This document shows, piece after piece, positions 53,391-63,217 of a stretch of DNA of 64,000 bases. The DNA is taken from positions 5,213-69,212 of the forward strand of contig JAKLPV010000218.1 in NCBI GenBank assembly GCA_022013685.1, in the 5' to 3' direction. A model generated the notes under the pieces. The model ran no database searches. It was not told the origin of the DNA and saw only the letters and a list, made by a program, of their open reading frames with translations. The first letter of the stretch is position 1; each line of letters starts with the position of its first letter. The translations under genes were made by a program, and so were the position numbers. This DNA is from Anaerolineae bacterium (lineage in GTDB: Bacteria > Chloroflexota > Anaerolineae > Anaerolineales > Villigracilaceae).

Positions 53391-55072
53391 TTTTTGACTC
53401 CTTTCGGGTGACCTTGCAGCCAGCCGCGCGCAAAAGCCAGAGCTTCTTCGCGGCTGGAGATGTGACCCTCGGCCTGGTTTTCACGGATGGCCTCGAGAAG
53501 CTGGCCAATTTCACGACCGGGGGTCATGCCCAGTTCTTTGATCAGATCGTCGCCGTTGAGCAGTTGCGGCGGGCGCACAACCTGTTCGGGGGTTTCCCAG
53601 TAGGCTTCGAGCAGGGCCCGGCAAACATCCAGTTCGGCGGCCCAGATCTCCTGCGGCAGGGTATGTTCGTAGGTGGCGCGCAGGTCGGCTAGCGAGTGCA
53701 GGATAATATCGACACCCGCCGGGCCGGTATCGCGGAAAAAGCGGTAGATGGCTCTGCGGCTGATTGTATGGCCTTTGCGCTGGTGGTCGGTTTGCGCATG
53801 GACGCGCATGTGGTGGGTGATGATGGTTTTGACGCGATCCATTTCGTCGTTGCTCAAGCGCAGGGCAATGGCGCGGCGCAGGGCCGTTTGGGCGCCTTTG
53901 TCATCGTGCCCGAAGAAGCGGATGCGCCCGCTTTCTTCGACCGTGCGAGTGGAGGGCTTTTCGACATCGTGATAGAGCGCGGACAAAAAGAGCAGGGCGC
54001 GCAGGGGCCGGTCGGTGTTCAGTTTCCGGGAAAGATGCTCGGCCAGTTGGGCGCGGTAGCGTCCCAGCTTCAGGACAAGCAGGCCGTTATAGACATCGGC
54101 ATTGGATTTTTGCTCGTTATATTGCGGCCCAAGCAGGTCGAGAATGGCTTCGAGATGGCGCAGAACCGACAGGGTATGCGACCAGACATCCTGAACGTGC
54201 GGCGGCGACTGGTTGACGCCTTTCATCGCTTCCAGCTCGGGCAAGATATGCGGGAGAATATTGAGCATGTCGAGGGCGCGCAGGGCGGTATCCGGCTGGG
54301 GGCCGGCCAGGATCTTCAGGATTTCGTCGCGCAGGCGTTCGGCAGAGACAGATGGCAGACCGGAAGCCGCGGCTTTCATCTGTTGGCGGGTCGCCGGGTC
54401 AATAGTTAACCCGAAAGCGGCGGCCTGACGGATGGCGCGCAGAATGCGCACAGGGTCGTCGCTCAGGGACGTTTCGGCGCAGGCTCGCAGGCGTTTGGCG
54501 CGCAGGTCGGCCAGCCCGCCCAGCGGATCGTGCAGTTCGCCGTTGTGCAGGTCGAGGGCGACAGCATTGATGGTGAAGTCCCGTCCGCGCAGGTCATCTT
54601 CGAGGCTTTCGCCGCGGAAACCGGCAAAGTCGAGAACGTCACGAGAACCGTCCGGGTGAATGATGACCAGTCGGGCGGTGTCGTTTTCTTCGTCGAGCGG
54701 GTAAAAGGCGGCAGAGAGCTTGTCGGCCAGTTTTCGCGCCAGCTTGAGAGCGTTTTTAGGAACGGCAAAATCGAGATCGTGAACTTCGCGCGCCAGGACA
54801 GCATCGCGCACCGCACCGCCAACCAGGAAAATGGGCTGGTCGGCAGGCAGGCTTTGGCGCAGCAAAAGCATCAATGGGCTGTGGAAAATTGGGAGTGTTT
54901 CAGGCATATAAACCACATCCAGTGGTTCTTTGGGACGGACGGCGCGCGCCGCGAGAAAGGCCGCCTCGCGGGTCTGACCTTGGGCAACCACCTGCCCCTT
55001 GACGAGCGCCACCCAGCGCCCGGCATAAGCGGACGGGATGGGTACTGGCTCTGGGGCGGGCGAGGCGCTCAT
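53387..55072 (-). CDS. CCA-adding enzyme/poly(A) polymerase family nucleotidyltransferase with an HD domain and an extra ~55-aa N-terminal domain
   Basis: LVGGAVRDAVL, RDFTINA, and an HD region (YHDVEKP). Confidence 0.85.
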   Translation of the reverse strand: MSASPAPEPVPIPSAYAGRWVALVKGQVVAQGQTREAAFLAARAVRPKEPLDVVYMPETLPIFHSPLMLLLRQSLPADQPIFLVGGAVRDAVLAREVHDLDFAVPKNALKLARKLADKLSAAFYPLDEENDTARLVIIHPDGSRDVLDFAGFRGESLEDDLRGRDFTINAVALDLHNGELHDPLGGLADLRAKRLRACAETSLSDDPVRILRAIRQAAAFGLTIDPATRQQMKAAASGLPSVSAERLRDEILKILAGPQPDTALRALDMLNILPHILPELEAMKGVNQSPPHVQDVWSHTLSVLRHLEAILDLLGPQYNEQKSNADVYNGLLVLKLGRYRAQLAEHLSRKLNTDRPLRALLFLSALYHDVEKPSTRTVEESGRIRFFGHDDKGAQTALRRAIALRLSNDEMDRVKTIITHHMRVHAQTDHQRKGHTISRRAIYRFFRDTGPAGVDIILHSLADLRATYEHTLPQEIWAAELDVCRALLEAYWETPEQVVRPPQLLNGDDLIKELGMTPGREIGQLLEAIRENQAEGHISSREEALAFARGWLQGHPKGVKK

Positions 55073-55164
55073 GACAAATTAGTTACTCTGCATTTTTTAT
55101 ATGGAGTCCAATAATTTCCATCGTTGGCTATCAAAAATCAGGAGATTTTTGACTCCGGGAAGGC

Positions 55165-55722
55165 TTACCCTTCGGGTTTGTACTTTTCCAAGTTAACCAC
55201 GCCGATGAAGGGCAGGTTGCGGTAATACTCGTCGATATCGAGGCCGTAGCCAAAGACGTAAGCGTTTGGGATGACAAATCCGCGATAGTGAATGGGGACC
55301 TCCACCTCACGCCGTTCTGCCTTGTCGAGCAGGGCGCAGACCTTGAGGCTTCTGGGGCTGCGGGTCTGGAGCATTTCAAGCACATGCGAGATGGTGTGGC
55401 CGCTGTCGACAATATCTTCCACCAGCAAAACGTTGCGGTCGGCAATATTGGTTTGCAAGTCATAAGTTACGCGCACATTCCCCGAAGAGGCGCGCGCGCC
55501 CACTCCGTAAGATGAGATCGCCATGCAATCCATGCCATGCGGCAGGCTGATATGGCGCATCAAATCGACCATGAAGGTAATCCCGCCGCGCAGGATGCAG
55601 ATCAAGACCAGGTCCTGGCCGGCATAATCGCGGCTGATTTCCGCTCCCAGCTCGACTACGCGGGCTTTGAGTGTGGCTTCGTCGATCAGGGTTTCGGCCA
55701 AAAATTCACGATAATCTTGCAT
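55165..55722 (-). CDS. hpt: hypoxanthine phosphoribosyltransferase
   Basis: PRPP-binding motif VLLVEDIVDSGHT; 185 aa. Confidence 0.93.
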   Translation of the reverse strand: MQDYREFLAETLIDEATLKARVVELGAEISRDYAGQDLVLICILRGGITFMVDLMRHISLPHGMDCMAISSYGVGARASSGNVRVTYDLQTNIADRNVLLVEDIVDSGHTISHVLEMLQTRSPRSLKVCALLDKAERREVEVPIHYRGFVIPNAYVFGYGLDIDEYYRNLPFIGVVNLEKYKPEG

Positions 55723-55734
55723 GTTCTTCTCCTA

Positions 55735-56304
55735 TCAACGGGGGACCTGATGATGTTCACGGCAACGGGCTTCGTACATTTCTGCAGCGCCGACAATGAC
55801 AACCGGTTCGTCATAACGGGCAGGTTTGCCATCCAAAAGGCGCTGGGTGCGCGAGGCCGGTTCACCACAGACCATGCAAATGGCCTGAAGCTTATCTACA
55901 TGCTCGGCGACAGCCATCAAAGTTGGCATGGGACCAAAGGGTTCGGCGCGGAAGTCAGTATCCAGCCCGGCAACAAGCACGCGGATGCCTCGCTCGGATA
56001 ACTGGCGTGTGACTTCGACAATGCCATCGTCGAAAAATTGGGCTTCGTCCACACCGACCACGGTAGTGTCCGTATAGAGCTTTAGTGCAATCTCAGCAGA
56101 GTTCCGCACCGGAACGGCTTCGAAGTCGGCCCCGGCGTGCGAGGTAACCTTTTCGACCGCGTAACGAACATCGATGGCGGGTTTAAAAACTTGCACCTTC
56201 TGGCGCGCAATCACGGCCCGGCGCAAGCGTCGAATGAGTTCATCCGTTTTGCCGCTGAACATCGAGCCGCAAACGACTTCAATCGAACCAGTTTTATGTT
56301 TCAT
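55735..56304 (-). CDS. tdk: thymidine kinase
   Basis: [15 protein letters not shown]-loop; C-terminal zinc site C..CG...Y.ARC. Start at ATG 56304; the listed longer ORF runs into the repeat. Confidence 0.93.
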   Translation of the reverse strand: MKHKTGSIEVVCGSMFSGKTDELIRRLRRAVIARQKVQVFKPAIDVRYAVEKVTSHAGADFEAVPVRNSAEIALKLYTDTTVVGVDEAQFFDDGIVEVTRQLSERGIRVLVAGLDTDFRAEPFGPMPTLMAVAEHVDKLQAICMVCGEPASRTQRLLDGKPARYDEPVVIVGAAEMYEARCREHHQVPR

Positions 56305-56322
56305 GTCCACTCCCAAAAAAGA

Positions 56323-56435
56323 TAGGCTCTTTAGAAATTTCCGTGATAGGCCTCCACATTTTGGGTGTGAGCGCACGTATACGCGCTCACACCCAAAATG
56401 CGGGCTTCTTTACGGCAAATATCAGAGAACCAAAA
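56323..56435 (+). repeat. Copy B of the ~110-nt dispersed structured element
   Basis: See 47319-47432. It lies between the rpmE terminator and the tdk start. Confidence 0.85.
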
Positions 56436-56473
56436 GATATAAAAACAGGCAGATGATTATCCATCTGCCTGTT
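56430..56473 (-). terminator. Intrinsic terminator after rpmE
   Basis: AACAGGCAGATG/CATCTGCCTGTT stem followed on the minus strand by TTTTATATCTTTT. Confidence 0.8.
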
Positions 56474-56497
56474 AAGTTTACCTGAAAATCGCAGGAT

Positions 56498-56971
56498 TTA
56501 AGCTGCTTCTGTAACGGATTCGGGCACTTCGTAACCCAGGGCGCGCAGCTTCTTCTTGGCGTCGATCAGCGATTTGCGGCCAAAGCCCTCGATTGCAAGG
56601 GTGGCTTCTTCGCCTTCAGCCATCTTGGACAGCAACTGACCAACTTCAGTGATGCCAGCCTGGGCCAGGGATTTGGTCGGGCGGGTTCCGAGTTCGAGTT
56701 CGGCAACCGGACGCTTGGGAGAAACCTTCTCTGTCTCTTTGGCCTTCTGGGTTTCGACATATTCCTGGCGGGCCTGGAGTTTGCGGTAGAAGCGATCCAC
56801 CTGGCCTTCCATATCGATGATGCGGGCCTGCTCACCGGTGAAGAAGGGGTGGCAGTTCGAGCAGATTTCAACGCGAAGTTCTTTTTTGGTCGAGCCAGTC
56901 GTCCAGGTAGTGCCACAGGAGGCACAACTGACCTTGGCTTCGTAATATTTGGGATGAATTTCAGCCTTCAT
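56498..56971 (-). CDS. rpmE: ribosomal protein L31 with a ~90-aa C-terminal extension resembling the RNA polymerase alpha C-terminal (HhH) domain
   Basis: [10 protein letters not shown]...C.SCG...[10 protein letters not shown] is L31. The extension [24 protein letters not shown]...[21 protein letters not shown] matches the alpha-CTD pattern. Confidence 0.85.
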   Translation of the reverse strand: MKAEIHPKYYEAKVSCASCGTTWTTGSTKKELRVEICSNCHPFFTGEQARIIDMEGQVDRFYRKLQARQEYVETQKAKETEKVSPKRPVAELELGTRPTKSLAQAGITEVGQLLSKMAEGEEATLAIEGFGRKSLIDAKKKLRALGYEVPESVTEAA

Positions 56972-56981
56972 GGTAAACCTC

Positions 56982-57254
56982 TTATTCCTGAGCCTGGAGC
57001 ATTTCAGCGGGAAGGATGTTCACACGCTTGCGGCCATGATAAATGTCGAAAACCACAAGGCCATCCGTCGTAGCGAACAAGGTATCATCCTTGCCTTTGC
57101 CAACGTTCAGACCGGGTTTGATGTGCGTACCACGTTGACGCACGAGAATATTTCCAGAAAGTACGAATTGGCCAGCGTAGCGCTTGACACCAAGACGCTG
57201 GGCATTCGAGTCACGACCATTGCGGCTGGAACCGCCACCTTTTTTATGTGCCAT
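56982..57254 (-). CDS. rpmA: ribosomal protein L27
   Basis: [24 protein letters not shown]...ILVRQRGT. Confidence 0.95.
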   Translation of the reverse strand: MAHKKGGGSSRNGRDSNAQRLGVKRYAGQFVLSGNILVRQRGTHIKPGLNVGKGKDDTLFATTDGLVVFDIYHGRKRVNILPAEMLQAQE

Positions 57255-57269
57255 CTCTACCTGCCTCTC

Positions 57270-57581
57270 TTAACCGATCTTTTCAATTTCAAGGCGAGTA
57301 TACTGCTGGCGATGGCCGGTCTTCTGGCGAATGCGTTTCTTGGGTTTGTAATGGAAGTTAATTGTCTTCTCACCTTTGAAATGCTCCAGAACAGTGGCCT
57401 TCACAGCCGCGCCTTTGACAGTTGGCGTACCTACGGCGACATCGTCGCCATCCACCAGCATGAGCACCAGCTCAATGTCAATGCTCTCGCCGGGGGCGAC
57501 TTGCATGCGGTCGACTTCAATCGTACCGCCTTCGACGGCCCGATATTGCTTGCCGCCGCTTTCAACAATTGCGAACTTCAT
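57270..57581 (-). CDS. rplU: ribosomal protein L21
   Basis: MKFAIVESGGKQYRV-type N-terminus from ATG 57581; 103 aa. Confidence 0.93.
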   Translation of the reverse strand: MKFAIVESGGKQYRAVEGGTIEVDRMQVAPGESIDIELVLMLVDGDDVAVGTPTVKGAAVKATVLEHFKGEKTINFHYKPKKRIRQKTGHRQQYTRLEIEKIG

Positions 57582-57755
57582 AAATTTTCTCCTGGTCTTC
57601 GCTTCGCCATAAGCACCGCCTTTTTTTCTGGTGGCCGCGTTACGGGTAAGCCGGGATTGACATAAACCCACCCTGGCAAAATTCTGCCAGGGCAGAGGCG
57701 AATGGAGATTATACCACCAGCGCGGCGGTTGTCAACAAGTTTGGGGAACGAATTT

Positions 57756-58247
57756 TCAGCGACGCGTAACCGGGCGCCAGTTTTCAATCAGGGTGCTGTT
57801 TTGGTCAGGGGAAAGCTCACGCCAGGTCTCGATCGGCAATTCGATGTGCGCCAGACTGGAAGTGGGCATGGGCGCGGCCTGGTCGGTCAGACTCTCGAGT
57901 AACAGCTCCAGGCCGGGGTTATGGGCAATCACCAACAGGTTGGGATAATGCGCGGGGGTTTTGGCGATGAACGCGAGCAGCGATTCCGCTTCGGCCAAAT
58001 ATAGATCGCGCGAGACGCGCACCAGGCCATTATAGCGGAGTACGCCCAAAACCTCGGCAGCGGTCTGCATGGCGCGGCGAGCTGTCGAAACGGCGACAAA
58101 GGCCGGGGTGAGTCCGCGCTGGCGCATGTACTCCCCCACCAGCAGCGCTTCGTCGCGTCCGCGTCCATTCAACGGGCGGTCGTGGTCATCCAGGCGGGTG
58201 TCTTTCCAGCTTGATTTGGAATGGCGAAGGAGAAAAAGTGTTTTCAT
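57756..58247 (-). CDS. sixA: histidine phosphatase family protein (SixA-like)
   Basis: LFLLRHSKS...DHDRPLNGRG motif; 163 aa. Confidence 0.8.
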   Translation of the reverse strand: MKTLFLLRHSKSSWKDTRLDDHDRPLNGRGRDEALLVGEYMRQRGLTPAFVAVSTARRAMQTAAEVLGVLRYNGLVRVSRDLYLAEAESLLAFIAKTPAHYPNLLVIAHNPGLELLLESLTDQAAPMPTSSLAHIELPIETWRELSPDQNSTLIENWRPVTRR

Positions 58248-59242
58248 AATTCTGAGAGGGCCAGGGTCAGGTTTTGGCGAAATTCGGGACGGTTAAAATG
58301 CGCCCAGGCCGCAGGGAAAGTTTCAGCCAGGCTGCGACGGCGGGCGTGCAGGCTGGCAAGGTAAGCCAGGATTCCGTCCAGATCGGGGCGCACGCCGAGC
58401 GGCAGGGACTGGTAGCGGGCCTCAAGCGTCGCCAGCAGGCCAGAGAGCAGGTCGCAGGCCAGATGGGCATCGTTGAGATCGCCAAGGTGGTCTTGCATGA
58501 TCTTAAAATCAACGATAAGCGCGGCAGCGGGCTTGCCAAGAATATCACGAAAAAATTCGACCGCATAGCGTAGTTTCTTGAAGCGTATGCGCAGGTCGTG
58601 CAGTTGTTCGGGGCTGGCTTCAGGAATGAGGGCTTCGCAGGCAAGCACATCAGCATAGCGCTGGTAAATGAGCAGGGGAGCAGCCTGCCAGGTGATTTGC
58701 GGATGCGGCTCTTGCGAGTTATAGCGCCGCGCGCCCAGGCCGGGTGTATCGAGAAAGCGGCTGAAATCTGTTTTGAAAGTGGCGAAGATTGGGCTGTCGA
58801 GATAGACCAACATTTTTTTGCGGGCAGACTGGCGCTCTGCCTGCCAGATTTCGATCAGAATTTGCAGGCTGACCGCGGAGGTTTTTTCGTACTGGCGCGC
58901 ATTCTCGATGAAAACATCCAGGTCGCGCACCGGGCCGAGAGCGCGACGGGCAGCGCGCAGATCCCGCAGAAGGGGGCGAATATCGCGCGGGCAAAAGGCG
59001 AGGCCAAAAACCTCGAAAGCGGCCCGCAGGCGGCGGGTGGCAACACGCATATCGTGTAATTCTTCAATGTCTTCGCCGAGGCGCGTTCCGGCTTCGTGGC
59101 GCAACAAGGCTTCGAAATGGGAATGCATCACCGCGCGAGCATATTCAGATAAGGGCAAGCTGGCGCTCAGATCACTCGTCCGCTTTTTCTTGCGAGGCTG
59201 TTTGGCCTCCTCCGGCGTCTGAAGCGGGTCAGATTCGGGCAT
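58244..59242 (-). CDS. CHAD domain-containing protein
   Basis: Helical and His/Arg-rich, with the HDMRVATRRLRAA and LRIRFKKLRYAVEFF patterns typical of CHAD. Confidence 0.85.
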   Translation of the reverse strand: MPESDPLQTPEEAKQPRKKKRTSDLSASLPLSEYARAVMHSHFEALLRHEAGTRLGEDIEELHDMRVATRRLRAAFEVFGLAFCPRDIRPLLRDLRAARRALGPVRDLDVFIENARQYEKTSAVSLQILIEIWQAERQSARKKMLVYLDSPIFATFKTDFSRFLDTPGLGARRYNSQEPHPQITWQAAPLLIYQRYADVLACEALIPEASPEQLHDLRIRFKKLRYAVEFFRDILGKPAAALIVDFKIMQDHLGDLNDAHLACDLLSGLLATLEARYQSLPLGVRPDLDGILAYLASLHARRRSLAETFPAAWAHFNRPEFRQNLTLALSEL

Positions 59243-61355
59243 GGCTCAAGAAAATTTGCTGGGAATTGACTTCGGGCGCCCCCTTGTCAGGGGAAAGACG
59301 CTGGTAGGTTCCATCCGGCTGCATCAGCCGGGCGGCGGTGTTATCGCGCAGATAAGTATCGAGCACCTGCTGACGAATATAACGGATATTGCGCGGGTCT
59401 TCTATCGGGAAGAGAACCTCGACGCGCCGGTCGAGGTTGCGCGGCATCAGGTCGGCGCTGCCCAGGTAAATCTGCGGCTCACCGGCGTTCTCGAAATAGT
59501 AAATGCGGCTGTGCTCCAGAAAGCGCCCCAGGATGCTGACCACGCGGATATTTTCGCTCAAGCCTTTGATGCCCGGTCGCAGGCAACAAATACTGCGCAC
59601 AACCAGGTCAACTTTAAGACCTGCCTGGGAGGCCAGATAAAGTTTTTGAATAATGGCTTTATCGACCAGGGCGTTCAACTTAAAGATCAGGTGGGCAGGC
59701 CGCCCGGCTTTGTGGTGTTCGATTTCGCGGTCGATCAGGGCTTCGAACTTCTGGCGCAAATTGACCGGAGCAACCAGCAATTTGCGGTATTCGGTTTTTG
59801 CAGAATATCCCGTCAGATAGTTAAACAGGTCGGTGGCGTCTGCGCAAATATCCGGGTCGATGGTGAACAGGCCCATATCCTCATAAGTCTGGGCTGTAGC
59901 GGCGTTGTAATTGCCCGTGCCGAGATGGATATAACGTCGAATATGCTCGCCTTCCCGGCGGACCACCAGGGCCATTTTGGCGTGGGTTTTCAAGCCCAGC
60001 AATCCATAGACAACATGAACACCTTCCTGTTCCAGCATGCGCGCCCAGCCAATATTGCTTTCTTCGTCAAAGCGGGCTTTCAACTCAACCAGGGTTGAGA
60101 CCTGTTTGCCATAATCACGCCGGGCTTCGAGCAGCGCGCGTACCACCGGGGCATTCGTCCCAACCCGGTAGAGAGTCTGTTTAATGGCAAGCACATCTTT
60201 GTCATAAGCGGCCTGGCGCAGAAAATTAACAACCGGCACAAACGAATTATAGGGATGGTGAAGCAGGATATCCCCCGCCGAAATCGCATCGGCAAGATTG
60301 GCATCATCGCCATTGTTCTTCTTCAATACCTTGGGGATAACCGGCAGGAAAGGCAAATCCTTCAAATCCGGGCGGTCAATTGATAACAAAGAACGTAAAT
60401 CCTGCAACCCCAACGGGCCGTCGAAAGCAAAGACATCCCTGGCATCCACTTCAAGCTGGTTGATCAATACTTCGCGAATACGCGGCGGCATCTGGCGGTT
60501 AATCTCCACGCAAACCACCGAACCAAAACGACGCTCACGGACACTCTCCTGCATGGTTTCCAACAAATCATCCCCTTCCAACTCCTGCACCACCAGATCA
60601 GCATTGCGGATGACGCGGAATAAATGCGCCTCCACAATTTTCATGCCGGGGAAAAGGCTGGCAAGATTTTCCAGGACAACCTGCTCCATCCAGACAAAAT
60701 AATGATGATACGGAACCGTGCCATCCTTGCGAGTGCTGCCCGAAGAACGCTTGAGCGGGATAAGGCGCGGCAGGGTAGCCGGGATCTTCAGGCGCGCAAA
60801 ACGCTCATTGCCCCGGTTGTCACGAATCAAAATCGCCAGGTTCAAGCTCAGGTTCGAAATATGCGGGAAAGGATGGCCAGGATCGAAGGCCAACGGCGTC
60901 AGCACCGGGAAAATTACTTCGTCGAAATACTCCCGCGAGGCATCGAGCTGCTTTTCATCCAAGTGGTTATAGTCAAGCACATGAATCCCCGCCTTGCCCA
61001 GGTTTTTGTGCAAGTCATTTGCCCACAGTTCGTGCCCAGATTTGAGTAACTCAGTGGCAAGCTTGCGGATGGCCGCCACTTGTTCGGCGGGCGTCAGGCC
61101 GTCAGGAGAAAAATCAACCACACCTTCGGCAATCTGCATTTTCAGGCCGCCGACCCGAACCATAAAAAACTCATCCATGTTCGAGCCAAAAATGGAAAGG
61201 AATTTCACCCGTTCCAGCAAGGGCCAACGCAAATCAACCGATTCATCCAAGACGCGGCGCTGGAACTCAAGTAAACCCAGCTCGCGATTCAAATAAAGTT
61301 TGGGGTCTTGTAAATCAAATGTCGGCTTTGATTCTGGCATTATTGTTTCCACCAT
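59229..61355 (-). CDS. ppk1: polyphosphate kinase 1
   Basis: NRELGLLEFQRRVL N-terminus, the autophosphorylated-His region LKTHAKM, and two PLD-like HKD-type regions; 708 aa. Confidence 0.95.
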   Translation of the reverse strand: MVETIMPESKPTFDLQDPKLYLNRELGLLEFQRRVLDESVDLRWPLLERVKFLSIFGSNMDEFFMVRVGGLKMQIAEGVVDFSPDGLTPAEQVAAIRKLATELLKSGHELWANDLHKNLGKAGIHVLDYNHLDEKQLDASREYFDEVIFPVLTPLAFDPGHPFPHISNLSLNLAILIRDNRGNERFARLKIPATLPRLIPLKRSSGSTRKDGTVPYHHYFVWMEQVVLENLASLFPGMKIVEAHLFRVIRNADLVVQELEGDDLLETMQESVRERRFGSVVCVEINRQMPPRIREVLINQLEVDARDVFAFDGPLGLQDLRSLLSIDRPDLKDLPFLPVIPKVLKKNNGDDANLADAISAGDILLHHPYNSFVPVVNFLRQAAYDKDVLAIKQTLYRVGTNAPVVRALLEARRDYGKQVSTLVELKARFDEESNIGWARMLEQEGVHVVYGLLGLKTHAKMALVVRREGEHIRRYIHLGTGNYNAATAQTYEDMGLFTIDPDICADATDLFNYLTGYSAKTEYRKLLVAPVNLRQKFEALIDREIEHHKAGRPAHLIFKLNALVDKAIIQKLYLASQAGLKVDLVVRSICCLRPGIKGLSENIRVVSILGRFLEHSRIYYFENAGEPQIYLGSADLMPRNLDRRVEVLFPIEDPRNIRYIRQQVLDTYLRDNTAARLMQPDGTYQRLSPDKGAPEVNSQQIFLSHARI

Positions 61356-61485
61356 CCACTTTTTCCTTTAATTATACAACTATGGTCAACTTATCATAAA
61401 TTTTACGCCCGGCACGTGTTTTTTAGGTTATGGATTTGTTAAAGATAACCAACATACTTGCAAAGGCCTACGGTACAATCACACT

Positions 61486-62646
61486 ATGGATTTTTACTGC
61501 TATGCCGTAACCGCTCCGGGATTAAGAAACCTGGCTGCCCACGAGTTGGAAGCGTTGGGCGTTCTACCCGCGGACCTGACCGCCGTTTCGACCCACCCTG
61601 ACCCTGGCGGAGTGAGCTTCCGCGCCGACCTGAGCGGACTCTATCGCGCCAATCTGCGCCTGCGCACCGCCAGCCGGGTGCTCGTGCGCCTGGGTAATTT
61701 TTTCTACGCCCGCACTTTTACCGAACTGCGCATCGCCGCCTCGCGCCTGGCCTGGGAACGATTCCTGGCCCCCGGCCAGGCCGTCGAAATCCGCGTCACC
61801 TGCCACAAATCCAAGCTGTACCACTCCGACGCCGTCGCCGAGCGTATCGCCATCGCAATCGCCGAACGGCTTGGCCAGCCCAGCCCGATTCAAAAATTCC
61901 AGGGCGAAGAAGAACAAAACCCGCCACAACTGATTCTCGCCCGGCTGGTGGATGATCGCATGACGATCAGCATCGACTCATCTGGAGCCTTGCTGCACCG
62001 GCGCGGTTACCGCCTGGCGACCGGCAAAGCTCCGCTGCGCGAAACCCTGGCGGCGGCCATGCTGATGTCCTGTGGTTGGGACGGGAGCATCCCGCTGATC
62101 GACCCATTCTGCGGCTCCGGCACCATTCCCATCGAGGCCGCGCTGATGGCACTGGGAATTCCGCCCGGCATCAAACGCCGCTTCGCCTTCATGGACTGGC
62201 CCGGCTTCGACGAGGCCGCCTGGCAGGCAGTCTGCGCTGAAGCCGCCAAATCCGAAAAAACAAAGCCGCCCATCATCCAGGCCTCCGATCGGGACGCCGG
62301 CGCCATCCGCATCGCGCAGGAAAACGCCGAACGGGCCGGGGTGGCCGAATACATCCAGTTTGCCAACCAGGCTGTTTCGGCCATCCAGCCGCCCGCGCAA
62401 CGCGGCTGGATTATCACCAACCCGCCCTACGGGGAACGAGTCAGCGCCAACAAAGACCTGCGCAACCTGTATGCCCAATTCGGTAATGTCCTGCGCGCCG
62501 ATTGCCCCGGCTGGCAGGTCGGGATTTTATGCAGCGACCCCAGCCTGCTCGGCCAGACCAGGCTCGCCCTGGATACGACCACGCGCATGATCAACGGCGG
62601 TCTGTCCGTCATCCTGGCAAAAGGAAAGATCGCAAAAACAGAATAA
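61486..62646 (+). CDS. THUMP domain-containing class I SAM-dependent RNA methyltransferase (RlmL/Trm14-like)
   Basis: LIDPFCGSGTI and the NPPYGERV catalytic motif; N-terminal THUMP-like region. Confidence 0.88.
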   Translation: MDFYCYAVTAPGLRNLAAHELEALGVLPADLTAVSTHPDPGGVSFRADLSGLYRANLRLRTASRVLVRLGNFFYARTFTELRIAASRLAWERFLAPGQAVEIRVTCHKSKLYHSDAVAERIAIAIAERLGQPSPIQKFQGEEEQNPPQLILARLVDDRMTISIDSSGALLHRRGYRLATGKAPLRETLAAAMLMSCGWDGSIPLIDPFCGSGTIPIEAALMALGIPPGIKRRFAFMDWPGFDEAAWQAVCAEAAKSEKTKPPIIQASDRDAGAIRIAQENAERAGVAEYIQFANQAVSAIQPPAQRGWIITNPPYGERVSANKDLRNLYAQFGNVLRADCPGWQVGILCSDPSLLGQTRLALDTTTRMINGGLSVILAKGKIAKTE

Positions 62647-62681
62647 AGACAAGCCCCGTTTTGAAAACGGGGCTTGTCTTT
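62645..62681. terminator. Bidirectional intrinsic terminator at a convergent junction
   Basis: AAAGACAAGCCCCGTTTT/AAAACGGGGCTTGTCTTT, flanked by A and T runs. Confidence 0.8.
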
Positions 62682-62751
62682 ATTTATCGTGGGGATAACC
62701 GGTTGCCTTCCCATCGGGTCAGGCGTTTCCGGGAATTGATGATTTTGGGGA

Positions 62752-63126
62752 TTACCCGACCAGCCTGGTCAAATCTTCTGCCGCGCGGCGCATTTCAAGG
62801 AAAACCAGACCCAGCTTGCCTTCCTGGCGCGCAAGGGCAGTCAGCACGGCTTCGTCGCCAACAGCGATGAGCACGATAAACCCATTATTACCTTTGATGT
62901 AAACCTGTTCCAGGCCGCCGCGCCCCAGTTCCGAAGCGATACGCTCACCGAGCGAAAGCATCGCCGCCGACATGGCCGAAACGCGATCTTCTTCCGCTCC
63001 TTGTTGCAAGGCCGAGGCCATGATCAGGCCATCAACCGAAACTACAGCCGAAGCTTCAATGTCAGGGGCGGAAGCCTGCATTGCGCGTAAGCGGTCTACC
63101 ATTTGTTGACTGCGGGATTTGCTCAT
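62752..63126 (-). CDS. roadblock/LC7 (MglB-like) domain protein
   Basis: 124 aa with a pattern (VSVDGLIMAS...AAMLSLGERI...GFIVLIAVGDEAVL) typical of Robl_LC7. Confidence 0.75.
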   Translation of the reverse strand: MSKSRSQQMVDRLRAMQASAPDIEASAVVSVDGLIMASALQQGAEEDRVSAMSAAMLSLGERIASELGRGGLEQVYIKGNNGFIVLIAVGDEAVLTALARQEGKLGLVFLEMRRAAEDLTRLVG

Positions 63127-63217
63127 GCAGTTTTCTCCAATGCGAAAGTGTCTTCAAAAGTTTACCACAATTCTTAAAATCTCGGCAAATTTTTCAAAAA
63201 CGTAAGGCAGGAAAACC

